Source of the DNA: Eledone cirrhosa
Lineage: Eukaryota
Direction: 5' to 3'
Assembly (NCBI GenBank): GCA_964016885.1
Contig: CAXHJY010000565.1
Span: 1 to 64,000, forward strand
Length of the DNA stretch: 64,000 nt
Made by a program: the position numbers and the translations under genes. The notes beneath the pieces are model-generated. The model made no database searches, was not told the DNA's origin, and worked only from the letters and a program-made list of their open reading frames with translations. Positions 13,212-27,731 of the stretch are shown piece by piece. Position 1 is the first letter of the stretch. Each line of letters begins with the position of its first letter.

Positions 13212-13801
13212 GAATAATGGTTTCTACTTTAGGCACAAGGCCAGCAACTATCCCAGTGCATTATTGGTACTTTATTTTATCGACCACGTAAGGATGAAAG
13301 GCAAAGTTAACCTCGGCAGGATTTGAACTCGGACCGTAAAGGTCCGTAACTCTATGCTGCAAAGTATGGTGTCCGACCCTCTACCGATACTGCCAATCCA
13401 CTGCCCTTAGAATAATGGTTTCTGATTTAGGCACAGGCAAACATTTTGGAGGCTGGGGAAAGTCGATCAAATCGACCCCAGTGAGTTACTGGTAATTTAT
13501 TTTATCGACCCCGTAAGGCAAACCTAACTTCGGAGGGATTTGAACTCAGAACGTAAAGGGCCGTTGCTCTTTGCCACGAAGCGTATTGTCCAATGCTTTA
13601 CTGATACTGCCCAAGAATTAAAATAATTGTTTCTACTTTTGGCACAAGGCCAGCAATTACCCCAGTGCATTACTGGTACTTTATTTTATCGACCCCGTAA
13701 GGATGAAAGGCAAAGTTAACCTCGGCGGGATTTGAACTCAGAATGGCAATAGCCGTAACACTATGCGGTCAAAGCATGGCGTCCGACCCTCTACCGATAC
13801 T
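13212..13801 (-). mobile_element. Three head-to-tail SINE family A copies
   Basis: 13212-13406, 13410-13611 and 13622-13801 are reverse complements of the consensus. Confidence 0.9.
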
Positions 13802-14592
13802 TTAAAATAATAATAAGAAAAGGTATTCAGTACTCGCTCTACCTACAACCTCCTTAAGCTAGCTGAAAGCGAGTTTAATCATTCACTGCTGCGACCTCTC
13901 ACGAAAGGAAAGATTAAAGAGTCAGGAAGGTAGAGAGAGAGGTGGGAAGAGAGAGAGAGAGAAAGAGTAAGCGTGTGTAGGTGTGTGCGTGCGTATGGAA
14001 GCGGAGAAGAAAGGCGCGGAACAGTGCGATGAGGGAAAGTAAAAAGGAAAAAGAGATTAGAATATTTGGAGAAAAAAAACGAAATGAGAAGGAAAGAATG
14101 ATGAAATCTCAGAGAAATTAGGAATGAGAGAAAGTGAAGATTGAAGGACAGACAGAAATGGGAGAAGAAAGGATTAGAAAGAAACTAGTAGAAAGAAAAG
14201 GAACCACAATATACTGGATAGAAAGATAGGAAAAATACAGACAGACAGGAGGTGGGAGACTAAATAAAGAGAGAGAGTGAGTAGGGGGAATCGAGAGATA
14301 GACAAAGAGGGGGAATATATATATATTCACACAGCTTATGCTGAAAGAATAACTATGTTGCTTGTGTTTATTTCCATCTTCGGTTAGCTTCCCCCTGTGT
14401 TGTTTACTTGTTTCACTCGCTTTACGCGTTTCTTTTGTCCTAATAACTTATTTTTGTTATTATCGCTCCAACGTGAGGTATATGATTTTTAATGCGATGA
14501 AATACCCATGATCGTTTGGTAAATCACTGATGAGGGACTCATTTTATAACATGTTATCCATGTGCAACCAGCAGTATTCTACTCACCCATAT

Positions 14593-14723
<131 letters not shown>

Positions 14724-15195
14724 GAGATGGGGAGAAAGAGAGAGAGAGAGAGAGAACACGGACAGAGGAAAAGAAAAAGTTCATAAAAAGGTATGTCAGT
14801 ATAACAACAGAGAAAATGAGTGAAGCATCATATCTGAATAGTTAAATTCTTTACAATATAAAATTGTACCATTCTTGTTGTTCCATGAGAAACCATTGAA
14901 TTTCGCATCGTCGCCTGCCGAGCTATTTAAACAAGGTAGGTGGCCGACTGGTTAAGGGAGGTAACTGTCTGTTCCGTGAACTTGACATCATTTACAACGG
15001 CGGCAAAGTACGGAATTGTAGTAAAAATATTGCTTATCTACTTCTGGAATCAAAATATGTGTCCATATCTATCTCAGACTTTGTACGTGTGGATTTATGA
15101 TGTCTTTACGTCAGTACGGCTGTTCGCTTTTTGTCTGTCAGTCTGTCTACGAATTTGTTGTTATTATTCTTGTTTTTGATTTTGTTGAATCATTC

Positions 15196-15898
<703 letters not shown>

Positions 15899-16406
15899 CG
15901 ATTATGTACGGAAGAGAGAGCGTGCTTAATGATTCTCTCTTTGCGCATTTTCTCTCGATTCCTTATCCATATATCCCGTCTATCTTATAACTGTATATCT
16001 ATCAATTTGTAACTATCTATTAATCTGTGACTATCTATTGTCTATTTTATCTGTCTGGAAGACAGGAACACCTACAAAACGTACTTCTGGTGTTGGGGGT
16101 TGTTCTATCCACGGGGTGTAAAACAACCCCGTAGTAACGTTCCCCCTGTTGGGGATTTCGATTATTTTATTTTATTTTATATATAGTTTATTGTCATTAA
16201 TTATTGTTAAAGATTTTATGTAAAAACCCCGACGTTATGTCTTGTAATGTCCCAATTTTGTACGCCCTGGTGGCAAATAAAGAAATATATCTATAACTAT
16301 CTATCAATCTATAACTATACATTTAACCGTATTTTAAAAGTATTTTATCCGTATGTATAATTATACACACTTACATACATGCATGCATACATAAATACAT
16401 ACATAC

Positions 16407-16817
16407 ATGGTGGGTGCCAACTCGTTTTCGAGTACGGCCACTACTTTATATCCATGTAGGAGAACCCCTACCGATGCGCTGAACGAGTGTGACTTTTTAG
16501 TCAAGCCAGCGACTTGAAAACTCTGGTACAAACACTACACTTGTGACAATTATTGACACATAGTGTTGGGCCCATGGTACCATGTGACGACAAGTGCAGA
16601 GAGTTCTCCAGATATAAAGCAATGCCTGTGCCGTGAAGCTTTTATAGTGAGCAAAGGCACTGCACAAAGCCAGTCCCACTCTCTTAACCAAGATGATATT
16701 TACCAAAAAGAAGAACAAGTCAACATCATTGGATACCATCAGGGTTGCAGGTTATATCAGAGTTTTCCTTCTCCTAGAATTCTGCCTTGACAAAGGCTAA
16801 GGGTTCATCTCTCTCGG
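16407..16817 (-). mobile_element. Non-autonomous bipartite RTE derivative, 5'-truncated
   Basis: Matches 57943-58350. (ATGT)n tail, CTCGAAAACGAG stem-loop, zinc-finger remnant. Confidence 0.85.
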
Positions 16818-16857
16818 ATACATACATACATACATACATACATACATACATACATAC

Positions 16858-17214
16858 AATACAAATCTTGAGAAGCTGGGCTTCACAGGAACTGAAAGAA
16901 CACAACTAGTTAGGAAATTACAAGTACAATCCATTAATGGAACAGTAAAAATATGTAAAATATTCCAAATATTTTGCATCTAATAACTGTATATACACAT
17001 GTACAGATACAAAGCATATACACATGCACACATACAACTCAAAACATACACATCCACACATACAATAACATCCATACCTGCACATGCATGCAGACATGCA
17101 GACATATCTACCTAGTTGATGTTGTGTAAATTCCAATGAAAGTGTCTTGCGTCTATGTTAGAAACAGACTCTCTCTCTCTATTGGTAAACATTTGTGAAA
17201 TTATAAAACCAGAA
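16858..17214 (+). mobile_element. R4/Dong-like family B, 3' fragment
   Basis: Matches 27371-27718 (NTNLEKLGF...GTVKICK plus 3' UTR). (CATA)n on both sides. Confidence 0.9.
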
Positions 17215-17470
17215 CATATAATCCATACATACATACATACATACATACATACATACATACATGATGATGATGGCTTCCCCCTCGTTATCGAGTATGGCCA
17301 TTGCACGAGGAGGGAAAATATATATATATATTAATAAATAAATAAAAAATAAAATAAAATAAAAAAAAAGAAGTATATATATATATATATACACACACAT
17401 ACATATATACACACATATATATATACATACACACATATACATTAATAACAATAATAATAGTAATAATAAT

Positions 17471-18721
17471 GATTTCATTTATTAGCCACAAGGGCCGACA
17501 TGTGGGGACAATACAAAGACAGGGACAGTGGGGGTTTACAATAAGGTCGAGTAAAAGTGCACAATGGCAAGACTAATTTAACAATGAAAATATAAAAATA
17601 TAAAATAAACTATGCATAAATATAACAAAATAAATTCCCCGATAGGGGGTGGACGACCCTGGGGTGACTCGGGTACCCCACCAATCCTGAACGACCCTGC
17701 GCTTCTAGGGCACCCAGGGAGAGCACCCCTCTCCTCAAGTTAGCTAGCCTAGGTGCATGGTCAGAGTAGGCCCATTCACACGAGCCATTCTCGCCACATT
17801 CACCCACCTTTTAGCAAATGTACTGGGGGGCAGCACTTCTCTCCCCACCCTCACCTTCCTTTCCAGGTGAAACTTGAAGAAGTTGATGAGAGATTGGCCG
17901 AAGAGAAAAGTGTCTGTCTTCAGTCCTTTTAACCTGGTCCACCATATAACCTCTTTCGCAACTGCCACCAGACAGAGGAAAATTTCCTGCTCTTCCTGAC
18001 CTAAGGAAGGCGGTGGATCGATCTTCACTATGGACTCGGCCGATAGCCGGATTCGTTCCACACGCGACAGTAGCTGTTCGACATAACTCCACAAGTCAGT
18101 AATGCACGGACATTGGACAAGTGCGTGCAGAACGGTTTCGTCGTTCTGTGCGCATCTTGGGCAGGTCCGTCTGACAGCACTTCCGTGCCTGTAGAGTTTA
18201 TCTCGAACCGGCAGTGCCCCCCGGTAGCACTGCCAAGCGAGAGATTTCTGGAAATTGTCCATCGTCCCCGGCTCAAAAGTCCTCCGGTACAGACTGGTCA
18301 GTTCGTCGAGGCCCAAAGCTTCTCCGAGTGCGTCATCGCACTTGCCCACCACTAATCCTCTATAGAACTCGAGAGTGGAAGTTCCACTGATCGCATTGCC
18401 CGCTTGGTAGAGGGCAGTGAGTGCCTGGCAACATTCCAGATGCCAGTCACCCAGTCTCGGTCTCTTCTTGACCCAGGACTGCAGCTCAGTTAAAGAAATG
18501 AGCTGCGGAAAGGCCCGTCTGATAAACGGCGACCACACCTGTTCACCGTTGAGGCAGAATATCTGGAGATGTCTCAGCCTCAACGCATGTCTGCGCATCA
18601 TTAGCCACGGCATGCCCAGCCCTCCGCGTAGAGGGTGCTGCAGGCAGATGGACCGCCTCACCAACGGAACTTGTCCTCTCCACAAGATTTAGAAGAGGAG
18701 CCGTTCCAACGTGACGAGGCC
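17471..18721 (-). mobile_element. 5'-truncated Tx1/L1-clade retrotransposon
   Basis: ORF 17744-18685 with RGGLGMP and CPRC...ETVLHALVQC (zf-RVT-like). AATAAA then an (ATT)n tail. Absent from RTE copy 2. Confidence 0.9.
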
Positions 18722-18835
18722 AACAATAATAATAACGACAACAACAACAATAATAATATACATATACATATATATATATACACACACACACGCGCACACA
18801 TAAACATATCTATACACACACACACACGATAGCAA

Positions 18836-21800
18836 CTAACAGCGCTGCGATCGAATGTGGCTTTTTAGCCCAGCCAATGATCTAAAATGTCTTGCACAGA
18901 GTCGGCAACCAAAACATTCACTGGGAATAGCCGGCTGTGGTTGGAGTTCATGCACTTTTGCATGTCGCTTGAGCCCTCCTGCTGATTTACATTCTCTACC
19001 ACATGTTTGGCAAGCATGATGAGTAGTATCTCCAACAGCAGCCTGGTAGTCAACCACTGGTCTTACTTTATGACTGCGAAGATGACTTTCGAGTCCAGCT
19101 TTGCTTAGGCAGAGTCTCGCACAGACGTTGCAAGTCAGCACCATAGGAGGACCCTCGCCGTCTGGAAGTGCAACAGCAATGCCCTTCCTCACATCCCGCT
19201 TTACTTTCTCGTATGCGATTCGAGATGCCTCAAAAGCAACTTTTTCCTCATATACAGTCTTTCTCCATTTATAACGATCAGCAGCAATATTTTCCCATGT
19301 ATCAGCAGAGATGTTAGCGTCTTTCAAAGAGGCTTTCAAGGAATCCTTATACCTCTTTTTTGGTTTATGTGGCGGTCGTTTTCCTTTAACCAACTCTCCA
19401 TAAAAGAGTTGTTTTGGTATTCTAGAATCCTTCATCCTGGCAAGGTGACCACTCCAACGGAGTCGTTGCTTAAGCACAAGAGCTTCTATACTGTCACATC
19501 TAGAGCTTTCCAAAATCTCGACATCACTGATGTGGTCTCCCCCCAGTGAACGCCATGGATCCGTCTGAGACACATCTGATGGAAACGCTCCAATTGCTTA
19601 AGGTGGTGTCGATATGTGACCCAGGTCTCGCAGGCATAAAGAAGACAAGAGAGCACACATGCCTTGTACCTTTACCTTTGTCCTCCTGCATATGTCTCGC
19701 CGACCCCAGAGTCGCCTTTCTAGCTTTCCGAAAGCATCACTTGCTTTCCTAATCCTAAATGAGATTTCACTGTCAAGGTTGCTGTATCGATTGACAGTGC
19801 TTCCCAAGTAGACAAACTGATCAACCACTCCAAGTCGTTTACCATACACATAGATATTTGGTTCAGAGTACTGCTTACCAGGGGCAGGTTGGTACATGAC
19901 GACGGTTTTCTTGAGACTGACAGTCAATCCTAGGGCAGTGCAAGCGTCAGAAAATGCATTCAAAATGTGCTGCATATCACTCTCTGTGTGCGCTACAAGA
20001 TCGCAATCATCTTCATACAAGAGGTCTCTTATGATTGATGTAAATACTTTTGTCTTTGCGGCAAAGCGCCTGATGTTAAATATGCTGTCTGAGGTTCGAT
20101 ATCGGATGTAAACACCATGCTCGCAATTCCTGAATGCAATACAGAAAACCATTGCAAAGTATATGGCAAACAGGGTCGGTGCTGGAATATCCCCCTGTTT
20201 CACTCCATTTTTTACTGAGATAGGCTCCGACATGTTACCTCCGACATTAACCCAAGCCTTCATGTCGTCATGGAAAGACCTAACTAAAGCAAGGAACTTA
20301 TCAGGGCAACCAAGTTTCTGGAGAACCTTCCATAATGCATCTCTGTTAACAGTATCGAAAGCTTTTGTCAGATCGACAAAAACCTGATACAGATCCAAAC
20401 CTTGTTCCATGCACTTCTCCTGGGGCTGTCTAGCTGAGATCATATCAGTAGTGCCGCGTCCAGCACGAAAACCAGATTGACTTTCAGAGAGAACATAATC
20501 TGCATTGTGTGTCAGCAGACGGTCCAGAAGCACCCTACATAAAACTTTCCCTACGACAGAAAGCAATGATATAGCTCTATAGTTCCCACAATCATTCCTG
20601 TTACCCTTTCCCTTGTACAAGACCACCATTACTGCATCTCCCCAGTCCTCAGGTACAGATTCATTAGCCCATATCCTGCCAAACAAAGAGTGAAGATGTT
20701 GCAGGAGTCTCTCACCACCATATTGTAGGAGCTCAGCATGTATGCCATCCATACCTGGAGACCTTCCACTGTTCAGCTTCGAGATAGCCACTGCAACCTC
20801 CACAATCGTCGGAGGTTCTGCGAGAGCTACTTTCACAGGACTTTCTGGAATGAGATTGAGGAAATATTCACTGACGACAGACGGCTGATTCAAAAGATCA
20901 TCAAAGCGCTCTCGCCACCTTCGTAGAATTCCTTGTGAGTCACGAAGAAGTTCTTTGCCATCCTTGCTGCGAAGCGGTGTCACCAGAGAAGAAGACGGTT
21001 CATAAACCTCACGCAAGAGACTGTACAACAGCTTTGTGTTATTGGAATCTGACGCAGTTTGTATCTCACCAGCCTTCTCACTCCACCACTGATCCTTCAT
21101 CTGAGAAAGACTCCGCCTAACACGTGATTTTACATCCTTGAGTTCCTCATGCAACGTATTCCTCTCCTGTGGTTTTGCCGTCAAGTAGCGTGACAGAGCA
21201 CGCCTCTTATCAGCCAACAAGTCTTCTATATGTACATCATTCTCATTAAACCAGTCCTGATGTTTTCTCTGCACCAATCCCAGAACACGCCTGCCTACAT
21301 CATAAACCGACTTTTTAAGGGTCGGCCAATCCTCACCAAGATCTGTAGCCTGCATCTCTTCTTCCAATGTCCTCTTCACATTTTTATCCTTAAGACGAGC
21401 AGCATTCAATCTTTTGGGCAGGGCAACACCAGGAGCCCGGATTTTATGTTTAGTGGTTAGTTTCACTACTTGCGCGTACCAGGCGGTGGTCCGTCCAGCA
21501 CTCAGCTCCACGAAGAGCACGAACACACTGCACATCCTGTCTGTCACGCATCCTGACTAGGACGTAGTCCAAAAGATGCCATTCCTTAGATGCAGGATGC
21601 ATCCATGCGGTCTTGAATTTGTTCTTTTGTTGGAACATAGTGTTGGTAACACACAGATCCAGCTCCTCACGCATCTGCAGCAGAAGCATACCATTGTTGT
21701 TACACTTTCCCACCCCATGCCTTCCGATTACATTCCATGTGTTAAAATCCATACCCACTCTAGCATTAAAGTCACCAAGCACGATGACTTTGTCTGCCTG

Positions 21801-22361
21801 AGGGATATTTCTTAAAACACCTTTCAATGCATGGTAAAAGGACAGAATTCATAGTTGGAGCATACACACTCACCAGGGTCGCATATCTTCCTTTGTCCAG
21901 CGGAATTCTCATGGACATAAGACGCTCACTAATCCCTACTGGGAATTCTTCTAATTTATTCACAAGAACAGTCTTAACAGCAAATCCTACCCCAGCCTCT
22001 CTTCTGGTTCCTTCATCTCTTCCTTTCCAGAAGAATGTATATTCTCCACAAAATTCTGTAAGATGACCATCTCCAGCTAACCTCGTCTCAGATAAAGCCA
22101 CGATGTCAAGATCGTAACGTCGAAGCTCCTTTGCAACAAGAGCTGTCCTCATTCAGGACGCTCCAAGGAATCCCTGTCAAGCAACGTCCGTACGTTCCAG
22201 CAGCCAAGACTAAATGCCATGTTTGGCTCTACTACAATGGCACGATGACGAGCGGGCCCAGGCTGTGATAACCTGGGGCCCCTGCCCTTATTGCCAATGA
22301 TCTTTTTTGTTCCAGAACCTAAATTGCCAATTATCTCTTTTATATTGTTCTGAAACATCAT
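18836..22361 (-). pseudogene. Disrupted RTE ORF (APE endonuclease, RT, 3 C2H2 fingers)
   Basis: Pieces 22149-22361, 21772-22152, 21450-21827, 19598-21547 and 18836-19573. Stops, frameshifts and YADD>YEDD relative to copy 2. Confidence 0.95.
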
Positions 22362-22440
22362 TGAATTGGAAAAAAAATGACATACATACATACATACATA
22401 CATACATACATACATACATACATACATACATACATACATA

Positions 22441-25400
22441 AAATGGCAACCGTTGTGGTCAGTGTCCGATAATCGGACGTGTGTAATTACGGCTTACATG
22501 AAGGCAACATACCATATATTGGAAAAAGTTGAGCTACATTACGCAGTAAGATTACATACAATAATTCTACATAAGTGTTTGAACTGTAAGTGTGTTGTAA
22601 AACACCTATTTATATGAACGATACATACACTTATGATATATGAACGATACATACACTTTAACATATAAATGCAACGTTGTTATATTACATTTATAAAGAA
22701 ATATACAAGTAACGTTTTCGATTCAGAAACAAAAATATAAGTGTTTGAACTGTGAATATGTTGTGAATAGGTTGTAGAACACCTATTTATATGAATGATA
22801 CATAAACTTTAACATATAAATACAGCGTTGTTATATTATATTACATTCATAAAGGAATATACTAAGTAACGGTTCTTTTTGTTCTCGATTCAAACGATTC
22901 AAGAGCAACGTTTAAAACACAGTTGTAGAATTAAAAACTAACTGAAAAGAAATATTACTCAAGCTGTGAATAACTTTAAATTTGATTCTGACAGAACTTT
23001 GTCGTAACTTTTAAAGAAGATCATCGACTATTTTGAAAAATAAATACGAAATATTAGTGAATAGACGAACTCATCATGGCAAAAAGTACAAGTCTCCTTC
23101 GACCAAATCGCAATTACAACCGTTGTACACAGTGGAGCTACGAGCTTAACAAAGTATTATATGAAGCATACAAACAATCTGAACCCCAAAAGTTCGGTTT
23201 TATGCAAAGGCTAAAAACTTTATGGAACTCCAAACACCCAGAATTAGACTTTTCTCCAAAGCATTTAAATGAACAGGCAAAACGTATCATTAGATGTAAA
23301 TTATACATCTAACGGAATCGAGTGATACTACAAATACAGCCCTTGTAGACAACCACCCCACCTCCACTGACAGACAAAGAGAATGGCCAGCTAAATCTAA
23401 CAGTGAACAGCTCACCAACAATTTTGCTGAAATTCATCCCACTTCCACTGAAGAACAGCGAGAAAGGTCAGCTGACTCTAGTAGTAATTGTCACCACATC
23501 AACAACGAGGCTGAAATTCATGACTCTACTGAACAAACAGAGCACCAAAAACTTGTGGGCTCCCTACAAGTGATATGGAATGATATGTTTCAAGAGATAC
23601 ACAGCCTTAATGTGAGTGACAGACCATACAACACTAGAGTCAGTAAAGAACCCACTAAATTGGAATTGGAAGCGGTGAACGAAATAGCTGGCAATTATCT
23701 GAAGGCTATACGATCTAAAGGTATAGAAACGACATTTGAAACGCTTAATGTTTTGTTATATGTTTCAGCTGTCACATTGCTATCATATAACACACATCTA
23801 AAACCACGCAATCAAGATACAAACAGAAAGCCTGAACCAGCGTGGATGCGAAATTTAAAAACCAAAATTTTGTCCCTGAGACGAAGTATCTCACACATCG
23901 CAGTCGTTATGAAATGCAACATAGAGAGAAACTTCACACGACACCAGGAAGACCTAAAGAAAAAGTTAGAGAGAAGATTTGGAGATACAAAATTTAAAAC
24001 TTTGAACTCCAAATTACACCAGTTGAAACAACAACTCACAGCTACAACAGAAAGACTAAAATATAAGTCAACAGCACAAAAACGACAAGTGCTAAATAGA
24101 TTGTTTGCCAGAGATCCTAAATCAGTTTATCGCAGCTTCGGTGGCAAAAGCTCAATCTCTGTAAATGACACCCCTTCAAAAGAACAGGTTGAGAGCTACT
24201 GGAGATCTGTATGGGAAACGGATGACGGGTTCAACAGACAAGCTAATTGGCTAAAAGAACTGGAACAGGACTACTGCCAACATGTCCAGACAAAACAATA
24301 TGACATAGATGGGTCAATACTGGAAACAGCTCTACAGAAAATGTCGAATAGGAAATCGCCAGGCCCAGACCTCATTACAGGATACTGGTTGAAGAATTTC
24401 ACTTTCTATCGGCAAGATCTCATACGGCTGTTTACAGAAACCATTAAGGGCACACAAGAACTGCCCAGATGGTTATCAACTGCCTCTACTCTCCTCATTC
24501 CCAAAAATAGCCAAACCACCCTTGCTAAAAATTACCGCCCAATTGCCTGCCAAAACATCATGTATAAATTATATACTGGGTGCCTTAACCTGTTCTTACA
24601 GGATCACTGTGCTACCAACAACATCATAACACTTGAGCAAGCTGGTGGAAAGGGGGAGGTGTGGGGTTGCATAGATCACCTACTAACTAACAAAATGATT
24701 CAGGAAAAAACAACAAAGAATCGCAGAAACATGACTGTCGTGTGGCTGGACTATCAAAAAGCATTTGATAGTGTACCTCATGGGTGGATTGTTAAGGCTT
24801 TACAGTTAGCTAAAGTCCCACAACCATTGGTAGCTGCTGTTGAACGCCTGACCAAGAACTGGTACACCAGTTTGATCCTTAGAGGTGAGAAGGAGCAGGT
24901 TAAGACTGATAAGATACATTACCAGAAGGGCATCTTTCAGGGTGATAGCTTGTCAGTGCTACTCTTCGTTCTCTCACTGAATCCACTATCTTACCTACTC
25001 AGGAAATAAGGTGGACAAAGAAGTGGGACCAGAAGTATCTCCCATCTTTTCTTTGTTGATGACCTGAAGTTGTATGGGCCAAATATCAATGACATCAAGA
25101 AACAATTGGACCTCATTACACAATTTTCAACCGACATCAAAATGAAATTTGGTGAGTCCAAGTGTGCATATTTGGCAGTAAAACGTGGAAGAGCTGTGCC
25201 CTCCTCTAGAAATCTAGAGATGAACGGCCTGACAATACAACCTCTGCAGTCAGGTGACAACTACAGATATCTTGGACAGGATGAGAATGTCAGATATGAT
25301 GGACCCATAAATAAGGAGAGAACCAGAACTGAATACCTCAGAAGAGTAAAGAAAATATGGTCATCAGAACTGTCAGCATACAACAAATACATTGCCTACA

Positions 25401-26665
25401 ATACTTATGCTGTGCCAATTCTAACGCCAACATTTGGCCTACTGAACTGGTCATTGCAAGAACTAAGTGAGATGGATGTTAGAACTCGAAAACTTCTCAG
25501 TGTTACTGGGAACTTTAACATCAATGGTGATGTGGATAGGCTATACTTCTCACGCAAGGAAGGTGGCCGGGGTCTAAAATCAATATTAACAACATATGAG
25601 ACCCGGATAGTGACACTGAAGCAACACCTTCAACAGAGGAAAAAGGTTGGCAACCATCTTGCCCAGGTTTATGACCATGAAAAAAGAAATATCATTAGAA
25701 TAGCGACTGATCTGGAGGAGAGATATGGAATAAAGCCTGATATAAATCTCTCACTCAGAGAAATCGGAAGATCCTATTCAATGTTCAAACAAGATAAAAA
25801 AATTGACCAATTTACAGAAAAAGTTGTGCATGGATACTTGAGGCGTAAAACACAGACCATAGAGGGGATAAACCACTCAAAAAGCCTGGCATGGAGTTCC
25901 GACAAGTTTATGACATCACACCTTGAGGGATATCTCTATGCAATACAGGAACAAGAACTCCCTACCAAATATCTGCTGCACAAAAGAGGAGGGCCAGCAG
26001 CTGACAATAAATGTAGGCTATGTAAAACAAAGATCGAGGATGTAAGCCACATTGTTGCCAGCTGCGAAAGAATGTCATCTCGCTACTACCTCCCCATGAG
26101 ACACGATGGGATAGCTAGAACCATCTGGAACGCACTTCGGAAAACAAAATTAACAACAAACGAGGAAGAATATATTGAGACAGATGGCACTAAGGAATAC
26201 TGGTGGAACCTGAAAATAAAAACTGCCACCAAATTAAAGCACAACCGGCCTGATATTGTAGTTTGGGACCACACATTGAAAACGTGTTCTGTTGTGGAGA
26301 TCAGCTGCCCACTTGATGTAAACGTTGTCAGAAAAATACAGGAGAAGGAGGACATCTACGGACCATTGATGAGGAGTTTACAAATCCAGTATCCAAGATA
26401 CACCTTTAGCTTCATACCCATCATTATTGGTGCTACGGGTTATATACCAACCCGCTTGGACCAAAGTATGACTGAACTTGGATTTGCGGACAAAAAGCGC
26501 AGCTCCCTAATTCATAGTCTACAAATGGCTGCGATAGCTGGCACCTTCAAAATTTACAAAACATTCTTGCGATTCAAGGGATGACAATTTCTTTTCTTTT
26601 ACAACCTTGACACCAGGAAGGTGGCCGGTCAAAAAAATATACTCGAAATTAAGAGAAAGAGAAAA
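22441..26665 (+). mobile_element. Near-full-length R4/Dong-clade non-LTR retrotransposon (family A) in (CATA)n
   Basis: R4-type N-terminus (W..ELN...GFMQRLKTLW), RT (NYRPIAC, DYQKAFDS, QGDSLS, FVDD), CCHC knuckle CRLC...HIVASC, REL nuclease RHD...RPDIV...EISCP. Pure (CATA)n flanks. Confidence 0.93.
23076..26584 (+). pseudogene. R4-like RT-REL ORF with one frameshift (~23300-23310) and one in-frame TAA (25007-25009)
   Basis: ORFs 23555-25009 and 25070-26584 share a frame that is open back to ~23300. ORF 23076-23312 is in another frame. Confidence 0.9.
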
Positions 26666-26707
26666 CATACATACATACATACATACATACATACATACAT
26701 ACATACA

Positions 26708-26737
<30 letters not shown>

Positions 26738-26738
<1 letters not shown>

Positions 26739-27718
26739 GTAATATAGATAAGGAAAGTAGTCTAACTTGGACCAACAACCGCTATATTGGCTCCCACTTT
26801 GAAGGATACGCTTTTGCAATCCAAGAACAGGAGATTAACACGAAATACCTGATTCACAAAAGAGATAGGGATGCAGGCAAAACACCTAGATGTGATAACA
26901 AGTGCAGACTCTGCAGAACTAACATCGAGGATATCACCCATGTCATCAGCAGCTGTCCAAAGATGTCATCGCGGTACTATCTACCTATGAGGCATGATGT
27001 AGTGGCCAAAACACTGTACAATGCAGTTCGTAAAAAAGATAGCCCTGATAATAAACACATTAAAAGCTACAACAATGTGGAAGACATCCATGTACATAAT
27101 ATGAAAGAGTACTGGTGGAATGTTCCAGTAAAAACCCCAATAAAATGCAAGCATAACAGACCAGATATTATGATATGGGACAGGGAGAAGAAAACATGCA
27201 CAGTAGTGGAAATTAGCTGCCTAGCAGATGCCAATATAATGTCAAAGATTAGTGAAAAGGATAGTATTTATGCAGAACTGATGAGAAATCTGCAGATACT
27301 TCACCCTGATTACACCTTCAGATTTATGCCTGTGATTATTGAGGCACTTGGGTATGTTAGTAACTGCCTCAATACAAATCTTGAGAAGCTAGGCTTCACA
27401 GGAACAGAAAGAACACAACTAGTTAGGAAATTACAAGTACAATCCATTAATGGAACAGTAAAAATATGTAAATCATTCCAGAAATTTTGCATCTAATAAC
27501 TGCATGTACAGATGCAAAGCATATACACATGCACACATACAACTCAAAACATACACATCCACACATACAATAACATCCATATCTACACATGCATGCATAC
27601 ATACATATCTACCTAGTTGATGTTGTGTAAATTCCAATGAGAGAGTCTTGTGTCTATGTTAGAAACCGACTCTCTCTCTCTATTGGTAAAACTTTGTGAA
27701 ATTATAAAACCAGATGAA
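26738..27718 (+). mobile_element. R4/Dong-like family B, 5'-truncated (REL domain and 3' UTR)
   Basis: AIQEQEI, CRLC...HVISSC, RHD and NRPDIMIWD...EISC in ORF 26621-27496. Diverged from family A. Confidence 0.92.
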
Positions 27719-27731
27719 CATACATACATAC

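Larger units (their letters stand above)
17261..22377 (-). mobile_element. RTE-clade LINE, copy 1 (lacks most of the 5' UTR; Tx1 nested in the 3' UTR)
   Basis: APE motifs (WNVRTL, LSETR, GDFNA, LLDY, TDH), RT motifs (DLTKAFD, QGDIPAP, YEDD), C-terminal C2H2 fingers, (ATGT)n tail. Confidence 0.97.

Noticed and set aside
14900-15110. Unique-looking sequence with TATTTAAA as a possible first exon
   Set aside because: No convincing initiator, splice or coding support.
22441-22530. HDV-like ribozyme at the R4 5' end
   Set aside because: Only a simple hairpin (GTCCGAT/ATCGGAC) is visible. The nested double pseudoknot could not be fitted.
23295-23312. Programmed -1 frameshift in the R4-like ORF
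   Set aside because: No slippery heptamer, and R4 elements normally have one ORF. A 1-nt deletion is the simpler explanation.
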